Source: Bacillota bacterium | GTDB lineage: Bacteria; Bacillota; UBA994 | Reading direction: 5' to 3' | DNA: 64,000 nucleotides | Assembly (NCBI GenBank): GCA_009773495.1 | Contig: WSXW01000002.1 | Coordinates: 50,864 to 114,863 of the forward strand | Shown: positions 18,909 through 28,146 of the stretch, in pieces | Layout: every line of letters begins with the position of its first letter | How positions within the stretch are numbered: the first letter of the stretch is position 1 | Position numbers and translations under genes: made by a program | Notes under the pieces: model-generated | Seen by the model: the letters and a program-made list of their open reading frames with translations, nothing else | Databases searched by the model: none | Told to the model about the DNA's origin: nothing

Positions 18909-19412
18909 ATGGGTAAAGTTACGGGTAGAGTGGGCGGGATCATCGGAGGTTTTGATGTTGACTGTAATGTATCATCGCGGAGCATTGAAGGGCGTATTGG
19001 CGGATTATTCCTAGGTGCAGATGTTAATTTTGTAATCAATCAGCATGGCCTTATTACCGGGCGCATGGGTGGTGGAATCGTTGGACAGGACGTGCGCCTA
19101 AGGTTTACCGAGGAAGAGATTGGCGGCCGGGTGGGAGGAAATATCGTAGGTAAGGATGTCGCTCTAAAAGTTTCAGGCTACGAGGTCGGTGGTAGAGTAG
19201 GTGGGGATGCTATAGGATTTAGTTGTAGGCTCAAATACAACCCTAATGGCGGAGAACTCCGTGGGCGGATGGGGGGACAGTTCATGGGGCACGACGTCAA
19301 CCTTGTAGTCTCAGACTGTCCGTTGGTTGTAGCTGCGCTAATTGCTGCCTTAACATATAATTACTACCTTTCTACACGGAGTCCAAAAAGTACCTCAGGT
19401 TCTAATCCTTAA
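18909..19412 (+). CDS. Hypothetical Gly-rich repeat protein (six GR[VIM]GG repeats plus a C-terminal hydrophobic helix)
   Basis: RBS GGAGGGTGA before ATG 18909; about 22-aa periodic repeat. Confidence 0.75.
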   Translation: MGKVTGRVGGIIGGFDVDCNVSSRSIEGRIGGLFLGADVNFVINQHGLITGRMGGGIVGQDVRLRFTEEEIGGRVGGNIVGKDVALKVSGYEVGGRVGGDAIGFSCRLKYNPNGGELRGRMGGQFMGHDVNLVVSDCPLVVAALIAALTYNYYLSTRSPKSTSGSNP

Positions 19413-19494
19413 CCTTGTGTGGGAAGAAAAAAACATCATAAAAAGCAATCTCCCCCGTAATGTTGTAGAAAACAGTACGGGGTGATTTTATTTC

Positions 19495-20547
19495 ATGAGA
19501 GGCTTACTAGTGTTTCTCTGCTTAGTAGTGTTACTGACATCCTGCAAAGCCGCCCCTACTCCGCCCATGGATGTATCGCTAGAGTTCATACATCTCGAGG
19601 GACAAATTGTTTCTAGAAAAGTGGAAGTTAGAAGATGGCATGCTGTTATGGAATTAGTTGGGGCGAGCCCAATATTTGAAGTTTTTCGTTTGAGGGTTGG
19701 GAGACGGGAATTTGTGTGCGACGATCTGTTAAACGTATACAACCCTACGACCAAAAAGTGGGTAGTTGTGTCGCAACAAGCAAAAGACTTGTTAGCTGAT
19801 ATGTGGTCTGAGCTTAAGGCTACCGCGTGTGCAGTGCCATTAGCGTGGGTTGAAGCTCAAAGGATACTGGAGCGGATGGACAGGGCGGAGGTCTTGGACA
19901 TGGAAACAGGTAAGAGTTTCATGGTACAGCGGCGAGGCGGAACAAACCATGCAGATGTACAACCTGTGACGGGGGCGGATACCGCTATTATGAAAGAAAT
20001 TTACGGTGGGGTATGGAGCTGGGACCGCAGGGCGGTCATAGTAAAAATAGAAGGGAAGACACTCGCCGCATCTATGAACGGAATGCCGCATGGGCAGGGG
20101 GCATTGGCCAATAATTTCCCCGGTCATTTCTGCATACATTTTTGGGGCTCTATCACACATGCGTCCCGTGCCAAGGACTTAGGGCATCATTTAATGATAA
20201 GTAAGGCGGCAGGCGAGATTTGGGGAGTTATTCGCGGAGCTACCCCAGAAGCACAAGTGAAAAACATGGCCGCAGCTCTTAACCAGAAAGATTGGTGGCT
20301 AACACAGCTATTCCTATTGCCATTCTCGACGGCCGAACTAGAACACATGATGGCGAATGTAGAGGCAATAGAAATAGATGAAACGGTTTTAGTGGGTCTT
20401 GCCAATGACACCTGTGAAGTACAGATTAGCGGAGAAGTGATTTATCGAGGCGGTAGAAAAGCAAAGTTAAGTACAACGATGGAACTAAGATTCGTTGAGG
20501 GGGTATGGAAGGTTGACCCCCAAGCCCTTAAAAGACTAATCGGATAG
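19495..20547 (+). CDS. Lipoprotein with a conserved Firmicutes cell-wall-associated domain
   Basis: Lipobox LTSC; motifs RGGTNHADVQP, WSWDRR, ASMNGMPHG, GHFCIHF. Confidence 0.7.
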   Translation: MRGLLVFLCLVVLLTSCKAAPTPPMDVSLEFIHLEGQIVSRKVEVRRWHAVMELVGASPIFEVFRLRVGRREFVCDDLLNVYNPTTKKWVVVSQQAKDLLADMWSELKATACAVPLAWVEAQRILERMDRAEVLDMETGKSFMVQRRGGTNHADVQPVTGADTAIMKEIYGGVWSWDRRAVIVKIEGKTLAASMNGMPHGQGALANNFPGHFCIHFWGSITHASRAKDLGHHLMISKAAGEIWGVIRGATPEAQVKNMAAALNQKDWWLTQLFLLPFSTAELEHMMANVEAIEIDETVLVGLANDTCEVQISGEVIYRGGRKAKLSTTMELRFVEGVWKVDPQALKRLIG

Positions 20548-20692
20548 TTCAATGTTCTGCTCAGTGTAGTCAGGTTGCTCAGTAGTACCGGTGCACTTAG
20601 AGCCCCAGATTCGGCAATTATGGTTCTATTTTCGGTATGGTTAAGAGACATAGGCGGAACGCTATAGTGGTAGCCTTTATTACTATAGCGAG

Positions 20693-21142
20693 GTGAAGCT
20701 TTTGAGTTTGCTCAGTGCAGTCCTTGCGGCTATTGCGGGAGCGCTTATGGCCATTCAAGGATCACTTAACGCCTCCTTAGGGAAATTGATCGGTGTCTTG
20801 CGCGCAACTCTCTTTGTCCATCTTATAGGCACAATCGTTGTTGTAATTTTACTGGTGCTACCCTTTCTGCGTGAGCCGCAGCAGCGAACGTTGCGGGATG
20901 TTCCTTGGTACTTATACCTAGGCGGAGTGATTGGCGTCGGAATCATTTACTTGGTAGCCGTGAGCATTCCCCGCTTAGGCGTAGCAGCGGCTACCACCTT
21001 AATTATTGTAGGGCAGGTTGGCACTGCTTTAGCGATAGACGAAATGGGGGCCTTTGGCCTGCAGAGTGCCCCCTTTACATGGCTTAAGGGACTAGGCTTG
21101 GTGTTGCTGGCAGCCGGCGCTTGCATGTTGTTAAAAAAGTAG
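20693..21142 (+). CDS. DMT family transporter (YdcZ/DUF606-like)
   Basis: AIQGSLNASL, PWYLYLGGVIG, GQV..AL.ID..G.FG; true start may be TTG 20702. Confidence 0.88.
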   Translation: MKLLSLLSAVLAAIAGALMAIQGSLNASLGKLIGVLRATLFVHLIGTIVVVILLVLPFLREPQQRTLRDVPWYLYLGGVIGVGIIYLVAVSIPRLGVAAATTLIIVGQVGTALAIDEMGAFGLQSAPFTWLKGLGLVLLAAGACMLLKK

Positions 21143-21265
21143 CAGGGTAGAATCCCTGCTGCTTTATATTTCGCCAAGTCCTTATTTTGCCTACCGAAAT
21201 GTTGCAGGAAAAGGGGTCAAAAATAAAGAATGATAGGAGTGAATGTTTTTAAAGGAGTGTAAAAT

Positions 21266-23242
21266 ATGGTAAGAACGAAGCGAAAAGTGACTGCTGAGGA
21301 TATTTGGGCGTTTAAGTTCGTAGGTGACCCACAGCTATCTCCAGATGCCCAGACGGTTGCCTATACCATTACAGCTACTAACGTAGAACGCAATGGCTAT
21401 GACTCAGCCATTTTCCTGCATAACGCTAATGGTGGTGCGCCGGATTTATTTACAACTGGCACTCGTAGCAATGATACAGTGAGGGAGCATACCGCACGTT
21501 GGTCTCCACAGGGGGATAAGTTATTCTTTTTGTCTAACCGCAACGGTAAGGAGCAATTATTTGTTATTGGCGTCAGTGGTGGTGAAGCTCGTCAATTGAC
21601 GCGTACAGAAGACGGCATTGGGAACCCTATGTGGTCACCAGATGGTACAAAAATAGCCTTTACCATGAAGCTCCCCAAAGGGAAGGGCGAAGAACCCGGT
21701 AATCCTGATGTGCGGATAATACGCCGTTTGCGGCACAAGATGAATGGAATTGGGTTTCTGGATGAGCGAAACCGCCATGTGTGGGTTGTAGATGTTATGA
21801 GCGGCGAACTAAGGCAGGTTACAAGTGGGGACTTTGATGTGAGTCAACCCAGTTGGTCTCCCTGTGGTACTCAATTCGCGTTAACAACCTGCACCAATTC
21901 AGATGCGGATCTTAGCTACATTCCGGATGTATTTACTGTGGGCCTTGACGGTAAAGGGTTACGAAAGCTCACTCAAGGTTTAGGACCCTGCGCAAGTCCG
22001 GCCTTCTCTCCTTGCGGTAAGTACGTCGCTTACACTGGACACGACAAGGGAGAAGTAGGATATCTCGACACTCATATTTTTGTAGTTGGCGTTAGTGGGG
22101 AAGATGCCCCTCGCAACCTCTTGGCAGATTTCCCGAGAAGCGTAGGTAATAGCGTCGGGTCAGATACCCGTGCAGACAGGGGTGGCGTGGAGCCTGCTTG
22201 GACCGGAGATAGCTCTGAGCTAGTATTTGGTGCTACTGATGGTGGCAATTCCAACCTGTATGCCGTCAACATGCAGGGAGAAGTACGGCAAATCACCTCT
22301 GGAGACCAGTCAATTACTTCGTTTAGTCTTACAGGCAACAAGATTGCTTATACTGCTAACCATGTCCTCAACCCAGGGGACATTTACGTATCAGACCTCT
22401 TGGGGTCTGCGCCTACTCGCCTCAGCCATGTAAATGAGGCTGTGCTTAACGAATTGGAACTGGTTGAGCCTGAGCGAATCGTCTTTAAGAGTGCTCTCAG
22501 CTGGCAGATCGAGGGTTGGGTCATTAAGCCCGTAGATTCTAAGACTGGTGAGTTGTATCCATTAGTGTTGCATATTCACGGTGGTCCACACGCTACTTCT
22601 GGTAATGCCTTCTTCCACGAGTACCAACTTCTAGCGGCGCAAGGCTACGGCGTAGTCTACACTAACCCGCGTGGTAGCAGGGGCTATGGCTCCGAATTTA
22701 CGCGGGGCGTAGTAGGAGACTGGGGTGGCAACGACTATGTGGACCTAATGGAAGCAGTGGATTATTGCATCGAACAAGGTTGGGTTGATCCACTGCGCTT
22801 AGGAGTAACCGGGGGTAGTTACGGTGGATACATGGTTAACTGGATGGTTACTCAGACTAATCGCTTTAAGGCTGCAGTTACCTTGCGCAGTATCAGTAAC
22901 ATGTATACCAAGTATGGCACTAGCGATATTGGTTTCTACGGTAATAAAGCCGGCATGGGCGGGGCAGATCTTTGGGATGATGAAGAATTCATCATGGCCC
23001 GTTCTCCTATGCGTCACGCCCGGAACGTCCGTACCCCAATACTCATTATCCATAGTGACCAGGACCTGAGGTGTCCCATGGAGCAAGCAGAACAATGGTT
23101 TATCGCCCTCAAGCGCCTCGGTGTAACTACAGAATTTGTCCGTTTTTCCGGTGAAAATCATGAGCTCTCCCGTAGCGGTAAACCCCGTAACCGTGTCGAC
23201 CGCTTGTTGTTTATACAGGATTGGTTTGAGAGGTATTTGTAA
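21266..23242 (+). CDS. S9 family acylaminoacyl/dipeptidyl peptidase
   Basis: PD40-like WSP repeats; HGGPH; catalytic GGSYGG, D in DLRCP, H in ENHEL. Confidence 0.95.
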   Translation: MVRTKRKVTAEDIWAFKFVGDPQLSPDAQTVAYTITATNVERNGYDSAIFLHNANGGAPDLFTTGTRSNDTVREHTARWSPQGDKLFFLSNRNGKEQLFVIGVSGGEARQLTRTEDGIGNPMWSPDGTKIAFTMKLPKGKGEEPGNPDVRIIRRLRHKMNGIGFLDERNRHVWVVDVMSGELRQVTSGDFDVSQPSWSPCGTQFALTTCTNSDADLSYIPDVFTVGLDGKGLRKLTQGLGPCASPAFSPCGKYVAYTGHDKGEVGYLDTHIFVVGVSGEDAPRNLLADFPRSVGNSVGSDTRADRGGVEPAWTGDSSELVFGATDGGNSNLYAVNMQGEVRQITSGDQSITSFSLTGNKIAYTANHVLNPGDIYVSDLLGSAPTRLSHVNEAVLNELELVEPERIVFKSALSWQIEGWVIKPVDSKTGELYPLVLHIHGGPHATSGNAFFHEYQLLAAQGYGVVYTNPRGSRGYGSEFTRGVVGDWGGNDYVDLMEAVDYCIEQGWVDPLRLGVTGGSYGGYMVNWMVTQTNRFKAAVTLRSISNMYTKYGTSDIGFYGNKAGMGGADLWDDEEFIMARSPMRHARNVRTPILIIHSDQDLRCPMEQAEQWFIALKRLGVTTEFVRFSGENHELSRSGKPRNRVDRLLFIQDWFERYL

Positions 23243-23248
23243 AAAGGG

Positions 23249-23454
23249 CGTTCCTTGTAGAGTGCGTTCCTGGTTCCTCGTAGAGCGTACACGGTACACA
23301 GGAGAGTGCCCAGAAGGGCGTACCTCGTACTTCGTACCTTGTGCACCCGCAGGTAGATCATCAAGCTTCAGTCTCCAGAAGAACAGGCTCCTGAAGACTG
23401 GTTTCTGTCGTCTGAAGACTTCTACAGCCTAATGCCTCAAGCCTAATGCCTAAA
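23249..23454. repeat. Mosaic of heptameric tandem repeats
   Basis: CGTTCCT/GGTTCCT; CGTACAC/GGTACAC; CGTACCT-CGTACTT-CGTACCT; CTGAAGACT x2; GCCTAAT-GCCTCAA-GCCTAAT-GCCTAAA. Confidence 0.8.
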
Positions 23455-23526
23455 TCCCCTAAGCATGTTTACCATTTTCCCTAGGGGGCATACTGTAGCA
23501 GATAGTGGGAAAAGGAGGTGTGGGGA

Positions 23527-23679
23527 TTGGCCGTCAAATGCTCTACCAAGGATTGTAAGTGGTGCGCCTCAGATGATCAGTGCAGTAACAATCAGCTTGT
23601 TAACCAAGTGCGCACAGGTGCTATGAGTAGATCGAGTTGCTCCGGTAAGTCATGTAAGGGTTATCAACTGAAGAGCTAG
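23527..23679 (+). CDS. Putative 50-aa Cys-rich protein (DUF1540-like Cys spacing)
   Basis: RBS AAAGGAGGTG; MAVKCSTKDCKWCASDDQC...CSGKSCKGYQLKS; upstream GTTTA-N15-GGCATACT; downstream hairpin. Confidence 0.65.
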   Translation: MAVKCSTKDCKWCASDDQCSNNQLVNQVRTGAMSRSSCSGKSCKGYQLKS

Positions 23680-23686
23680 GTCAAGA

Positions 23687-23720
23687 AGGGGGTGTCTCTC
23701 AAAATAAGAGCACTCCCTTT
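23687..23720. terminator. Terminator-like hairpin after the Cys-rich ORF
   Basis: AAGGGGGTGTCTC...GAGCACTCCCTTT. Confidence 0.55.
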
Positions 23721-23888
23721 AGAATGTGCATACCCTGGGTACGGTAAGCCTGATGCAGCTGAGGGACTATCTATCCCTGATACAGAGGAGGTTGCTTCCG
23801 TTATTCTTGCCTCTTCTTTTATGTATAGGGACTGTTTTGCCGCTTCATAAAATGGTAAAATGGAAAAAGAGGCCAAGGGGGTGCAACG

Positions 23889-25199
23889 TTGCGTAAAGTA
23901 ATAGTTGTGTTAGTTGTGGCGTTAGCTCTAGGGACTGTGGCATATCAGGTAAAATCACTTCTAGAGGTAGATCTAGCTCTCGTAACTGTTCAGGAGTCCA
24001 AGCTGCTCTCGGTGCAGGAGCCACTTGAGCTCGAGTTTAATCGAGCGACAAAACCGGAGGAGCAGCTGATATGGTTTGAACCACAAGTGGAAATTACTGT
24101 TTCCTGGAGTGCTGACGGCAAAACAGCTACAATTATACCTAAGGAAGGGCTCTCCTATAACACCAGCTACACTCTGCGCGGCACAGGATTTGAGCTTAGC
24201 TTTACTACTGAACCCCTACCTACATTTACTATTGTTGCCGGGGGAGACGTTTTATTAGATAAACTTCCGGGGGAAAACGTAGCCCTATACGGGCCTGACT
24301 ATGTCTTTGCCGGGATGGGCGATTTGCTTAAGAATGCGGATATTGCGTTTGCTAATTTAGAGAGTCCTGCTAGTCGACACGGAGAGAAAGTAACACCCAA
24401 GAATTTTACGTTTCGTAGTACTCCTGAGGCTTTAGATGCGCTGGTGGCTGCTTCGATTGATGTGGTATCATTCACTAATAACCACTGCCTTGATTTTGGT
24501 ATAGATGCTTTCCTAGACACCTTGGAGCACTTGCGTGAACGCGGAATCGCCTATGTTGGGGCGGGGAAAAATAGACACGAAGCTCTTAGCCCACATGTCC
24601 TAGAGGTAAACGGGGTGGAGGTAGCGTTTTTGGCCTTTACTCAGAAATCCTTTTTACCCGCTTGGAGCTATGACCTGTGGGAAGCGCAGGAAAACAAACC
24701 TGGAGTCATCTTTCTGGATGGTGAAAAGGGGCGCAGGGATATCCTCACGGCAGTGGCTGAGGCAGAGGCCCAAGCTGATGTTGTATTAGTCTCCTTACAT
24801 TGGGGGTATGAGGGCACATTGGCTCCCCAAGTTTGGCAACAGGAGTTGGCTCAAGCGATTATTGATGCTGGCGCTACCGCGATTTTAGGGCATCACCCAC
24901 ACTTGCCTTTTGGCGTAGAGTTATATGCGGGCAAACCTATAATTTATAGTCTGGGTAACTATTTATTCCACCCCTACGATCCTGCTGCGCGCGAGAGTTT
25001 CGTGGCTCATTTGGAGATAGACCTACTAGGCGAAGTGCAAACAAAACTATACCCTATATTTATGGAGCAGGGCACAGTGAGGCTGCTTGAGGGGGAGCAG
25101 GCAACACGCATACTCCAGGTGATTGCCGATCGGTCAACGCGTCTTGGGACGGAGTGCGCTGTCCGAGGCGATTATGTGGAGGTAATATCAGTTAGATAG
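23889..25199 (+). CDS. CapA (PGA_cap) family metallophosphoesterase with N-terminal TM and Ig-like domain
   Basis: GDVLL, NLESP, NNHCLDFG, SLHWG.E, GHHPH, YSLGNYLF. Confidence 0.9.
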   Translation: MRKVIVVLVVALALGTVAYQVKSLLEVDLALVTVQESKLLSVQEPLELEFNRATKPEEQLIWFEPQVEITVSWSADGKTATIIPKEGLSYNTSYTLRGTGFELSFTTEPLPTFTIVAGGDVLLDKLPGENVALYGPDYVFAGMGDLLKNADIAFANLESPASRHGEKVTPKNFTFRSTPEALDALVAASIDVVSFTNNHCLDFGIDAFLDTLEHLRERGIAYVGAGKNRHEALSPHVLEVNGVEVAFLAFTQKSFLPAWSYDLWEAQENKPGVIFLDGEKGRRDILTAVAEAEAQADVVLVSLHWGYEGTLAPQVWQQELAQAIIDAGATAILGHHPHLPFGVELYAGKPIIYSLGNYLFHPYDPAARESFVAHLEIDLLGEVQTKLYPIFMEQGTVRLLEGEQATRILQVIADRSTRLGTECAVRGDYVEVISVR

Positions 25200-25213
25200 G
25201 AGTAGAATGCATA

Positions 25214-26395
25214 ATGCTAGACTTAGAGATCAATCTTTCAGAGCTGGTCCGGGCTTTATCTCAAGCGCTAGACTTAGCAGAGTACAATACATTTGTGCAT
25301 CATGGGCAGCGCGTGGCCTACATCGCTGTGAGGGTAGGCCAGACCTTGGGCCTTAACGAGACAGGGCTTAGAGCGTTATACTACGGTGGATTGTTACATG
25401 ATATCGGTGTAACAGGGGCCGGCGGGGTTAGGCGCCTTGAGGATGAACTATTTCTTAAGTCACATGGTACCATTGGTGCTTTGCTGGTGGCAAAGCTGCC
25501 GCTGCCGGAGGTGCCTCTTTTAGTTAAGCATCACCATGAGTCCTATGATGGTAGCGGAGTAAATGGCTTGCGCGGAGACAACATTCCCATTGGAGCTCGC
25601 CTCTTGAACTTGGCCGATGCCGTAGACGCCTGTGTCGCAGGGCAGGAGCTAAGCTTGGTGCTGAAGGAATCTGTAGCAGCTATGGTGCAAGGTGGGCGTG
25701 GGAGCTCCTTTGATCCCGACGCCTGCGATGCTTTTCTATCTACCATAAAGCAGGACCGGTTTTGGTTTGACCTGCAAGGAAGAAATCTTTATTCGGCCTT
25801 GCAGATGTTGCAAATGGATAGCACGTCGAAAGTGGACTGTGATGAGCTTGAGTCAATCGCTCTGGTCTTTGCCGATATTATTGATAGCAAAAGCCGTTTT
25901 ACTAGAACTCATTCGGTAGGACTAGCAGTTTTGGTGAGAAAAGTAGCTCAGGCCAACTCGTTATCTGAGCGCACAGATAAGCTACTCTTCAGTGCGGGGT
26001 TGCTGCACGATCTAGGTAAGCTGGCTGTCCCCAACGAGATACTGGAGAAACCAAGCGGACTAACGCCCGAAGAATATTACATCGTTAAGTCCCATGTTTA
26101 TTATACGAAGGCCATTCTTAGTCAGGTTAGGGGGCTGAGCGAACTAGCCAATTGGGCGGGTAATCATCACGAACGTCTAGATGGCAGGGGGTATGCTGAT
26201 AGGCTGCCCGCTAGTGCTCTAGGGGTGGAGGACAGGCTTATGGCGATTTGTGATGTATACCAGGCGCTAACAGAGGAGCGGCCCTATCGCCAGGGTGAAT
26301 CACCACGGAAAGCATTGGAAATAATAGAATCAATGGTGAAGGGCGGCGGCCTCTGTCCTAAAGCGACAGGGATGGTAGCCAATACAGTGTTGTAG
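25214..26395 (+). CDS. Tandem HD/HD-GYP domain phosphohydrolase
   Basis: Two LLHD[IL]G motifs; HHESYDGSG and HHERLDGRGY. Confidence 0.9.
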   Translation: MLDLEINLSELVRALSQALDLAEYNTFVHHGQRVAYIAVRVGQTLGLNETGLRALYYGGLLHDIGVTGAGGVRRLEDELFLKSHGTIGALLVAKLPLPEVPLLVKHHHESYDGSGVNGLRGDNIPIGARLLNLADAVDACVAGQELSLVLKESVAAMVQGGRGSSFDPDACDAFLSTIKQDRFWFDLQGRNLYSALQMLQMDSTSKVDCDELESIALVFADIIDSKSRFTRTHSVGLAVLVRKVAQANSLSERTDKLLFSAGLLHDLGKLAVPNEILEKPSGLTPEEYYIVKSHVYYTKAILSQVRGLSELANWAGNHHERLDGRGYADRLPASALGVEDRLMAICDVYQALTEERPYRQGESPRKALEIIESMVKGGGLCPKATGMVANTVL

Positions 26396-26403
26396 GAGGT
26401 TTT

Positions 26404-26622
26404 ATGCTTAGTAAAGAGAAGCTAGAGCGCATTAACTTGTTGGCACGCAAGAAAAGGGACGGTGTACTTAGCCAGCAGGAGATAGATGAGCAGAGTGCTT
26501 TGCGAAACGAATACATTAAGGCTTTTCGCACCCAATATGAAGGGCACGCGAAGGCCATGGGCTTGCAGAAAGTTCCGAAGAAGCTTCACAGCTGTGGCTG
26601 TGGCTGCGGGCATAAGCACTAG
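26404..26622 (+). CDS. DUF896 (UPF0291/YnzC-like) small protein with a Cys/His tail
   Basis: RINLLARKKR..LS.QE..EQ..LR.EYI..FR; C-terminal HSCGCGCGHKH. Confidence 0.88.
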   Translation: MLSKEKLERINLLARKKRDGVLSQQEIDEQSALRNEYIKAFRTQYEGHAKAMGLQKVPKKLHSCGCGCGHKH

Positions 26623-26630
26623 ACAGAGGG

Positions 26631-26671
26631 GCACGCAACAGGGGAGGCATCTTGCCTCCCCTGTTGCGTGT
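26631..26671. terminator. Long hairpin (probable terminator)
   Basis: GCACGCAACAGGGGAGGCA-tct-TGCCTCCCCTGTTGCGTGT, a 19-bp stem. Confidence 0.6.
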
Positions 26672-26677
26672 GCGGTT

Positions 26678-26740
26678 GTTCTTCGTAGAGTGCGTTCCTA
26701 GTTCCTTGCAACGAAGAACCAAGGAACCAAGAACGAGGAA
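26678..26740. repeat. GTTCCT/AGGAAC heptamer repeat module with inverted arms
   Basis: GTTCTTCGTAGAGTGCGTTCCTAGTTCCT followed by AAGAACC-AAGGAACC-AAGAACG-AGGAA. Confidence 0.75.
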
Positions 26741-26758
26741 TGACCAAGCAGAAACATC

Positions 26759-27916
26759 CTATCTTTCAAAAACTACGTTGCCATCAATTAGTACTTTCCA
26801 AGCCTTGCCGCTAATTTCAAGCGGGCTACCATCGAAGATTACAACGTCGGCATCCTTGCCTGCTTCTAGGCTACCAACGCGGTCATCAAATCCGAGAATC
26901 TTAGCAGGATTGATAGTAATGGCGCGGAGGGCAGCCATTTCATCCATACCTGCTGCTACAGCCATGCCAGCCATGAGTGGCAAGGAGGAGAGGGGGACAA
27001 CCGCAGAGTCAGTGGTAATAGCTACAAGAACACCGGCTCTATCCAGCACACCAGGAGTGTCAAAGGTTTTATTCGCTAGTTCAAATTTGGAACGGTGACC
27101 GAAGCTAGGGCCAACTACGGCGGGGAGATTTTCCTTCTTAATATAGTCAGCTATAAGGTGCCCCTCGGTGCAATGTTCTAGGGTTATCCTTACGTTGAAC
27201 TCCTTAGCGATGCGGATAGAGGTAAAGATGTCGTCCGTCCGGTGAGCATGAGCTTTTAGAGGGATCTCTTTGCGCAGAACAGGAATCAGCGCCTCAGATT
27301 GCATGTCGAAGGCGGGGAGCTTAGATGCGTCATCACTGGCACGCTCTATAGCCTCCATGTAGCGTTTTGCTTTCATCAATGCTTCTCGTATGATAGCAGC
27401 CGTACCCATACGGGTAGAGGGCATTTTCTTTTGTGCGTGATATACGCGCTTGGGGTTCTCACCGAAAGCGCATTTCATAGCGATAGGGTCTTTAATAATC
27501 ATTTCGTCAACACAAACGCCATGGGTCTTCATAGCCACAAAAGTGCCACCAATGACATTCGCGCTTCCAGGTCCAGTAGCACAGCTAGTCACACCAGCAT
27601 CGCGGGCTTCTCTAAAAGCTATATCCATGGGGTTTATGGCGTCAATTGCACGGAGATGTGCAGTTACGGGAGCAGTCATCTCGTTAGTGTCGTCGCCCTC
27701 AAAGCCAATGGAGCTTTCCCACATACCTACGTGACAATGTGCTTCTACAAAACCCGGGTATACGCTGCGACCACCAGCGTCGATTACTTCTGCACCAGTA
27801 GGTGCATCGATGTGCTTAGCGACTTCGGCGATCTTGCCGCCATTAATCAGCACACACCCGTTCTCAAGCACAGGTCCGATCATAGTGTAAATTTTTCCAT
27901 TCTGAATTAGAATCAA
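26759..27916 (-). CDS. Amidohydrolase family protein
   Basis: PGFVEAHCH, K.AFGENPKR, HAHR.DDI, EHCTEG, ITTD, GSLEAGKDAD; TTG start after AAGGAGG. Confidence 0.92.
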   Translation of the reverse strand: MILIQNGKIYTMIGPVLENGCVLINGGKIAEVAKHIDAPTGAEVIDAGGRSVYPGFVEAHCHVGMWESSIGFEGDDTNEMTAPVTAHLRAIDAINPMDIAFREARDAGVTSCATGPGSANVIGGTFVAMKTHGVCVDEMIIKDPIAMKCAFGENPKRVYHAQKKMPSTRMGTAAIIREALMKAKRYMEAIERASDDASKLPAFDMQSEALIPVLRKEIPLKAHAHRTDDIFTSIRIAKEFNVRITLEHCTEGHLIADYIKKENLPAVVGPSFGHRSKFELANKTFDTPGVLDRAGVLVAITTDSAVVPLSSLPLMAGMAVAAGMDEMAALRAITINPAKILGFDDRVGSLEAGKDADVVIFDGSPLEISGKAWKVLIDGNVVFER

Positions 27917-28146
27917 CTTTGTTGACCTCCTTTTGTCGAGTACCTTATATGTATTAGGCAAGGAAATAAGAATTCCTGCTTGGATATTTTGGTTATCGTA
28001 TGATTATGGGAGCGTTTTAGCCAACTCAATGGCCTTTGCGATCATAGTGTGCCAGCGCTCTGGCGGCGCATACTTAGCGAGAGCCTCAGCCAACATTTGC
28101 TCAGGCGAGAGGCCGTTGTCCACCCATTCCTTAACTAATGAAGTCG

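Noticed and set aside
27299-27910. 203-aa plus-strand ORF and the many other antisense shadow ORFs
   Set aside because: They overlap well-supported genes on the opposite strand and have no recognisable motifs
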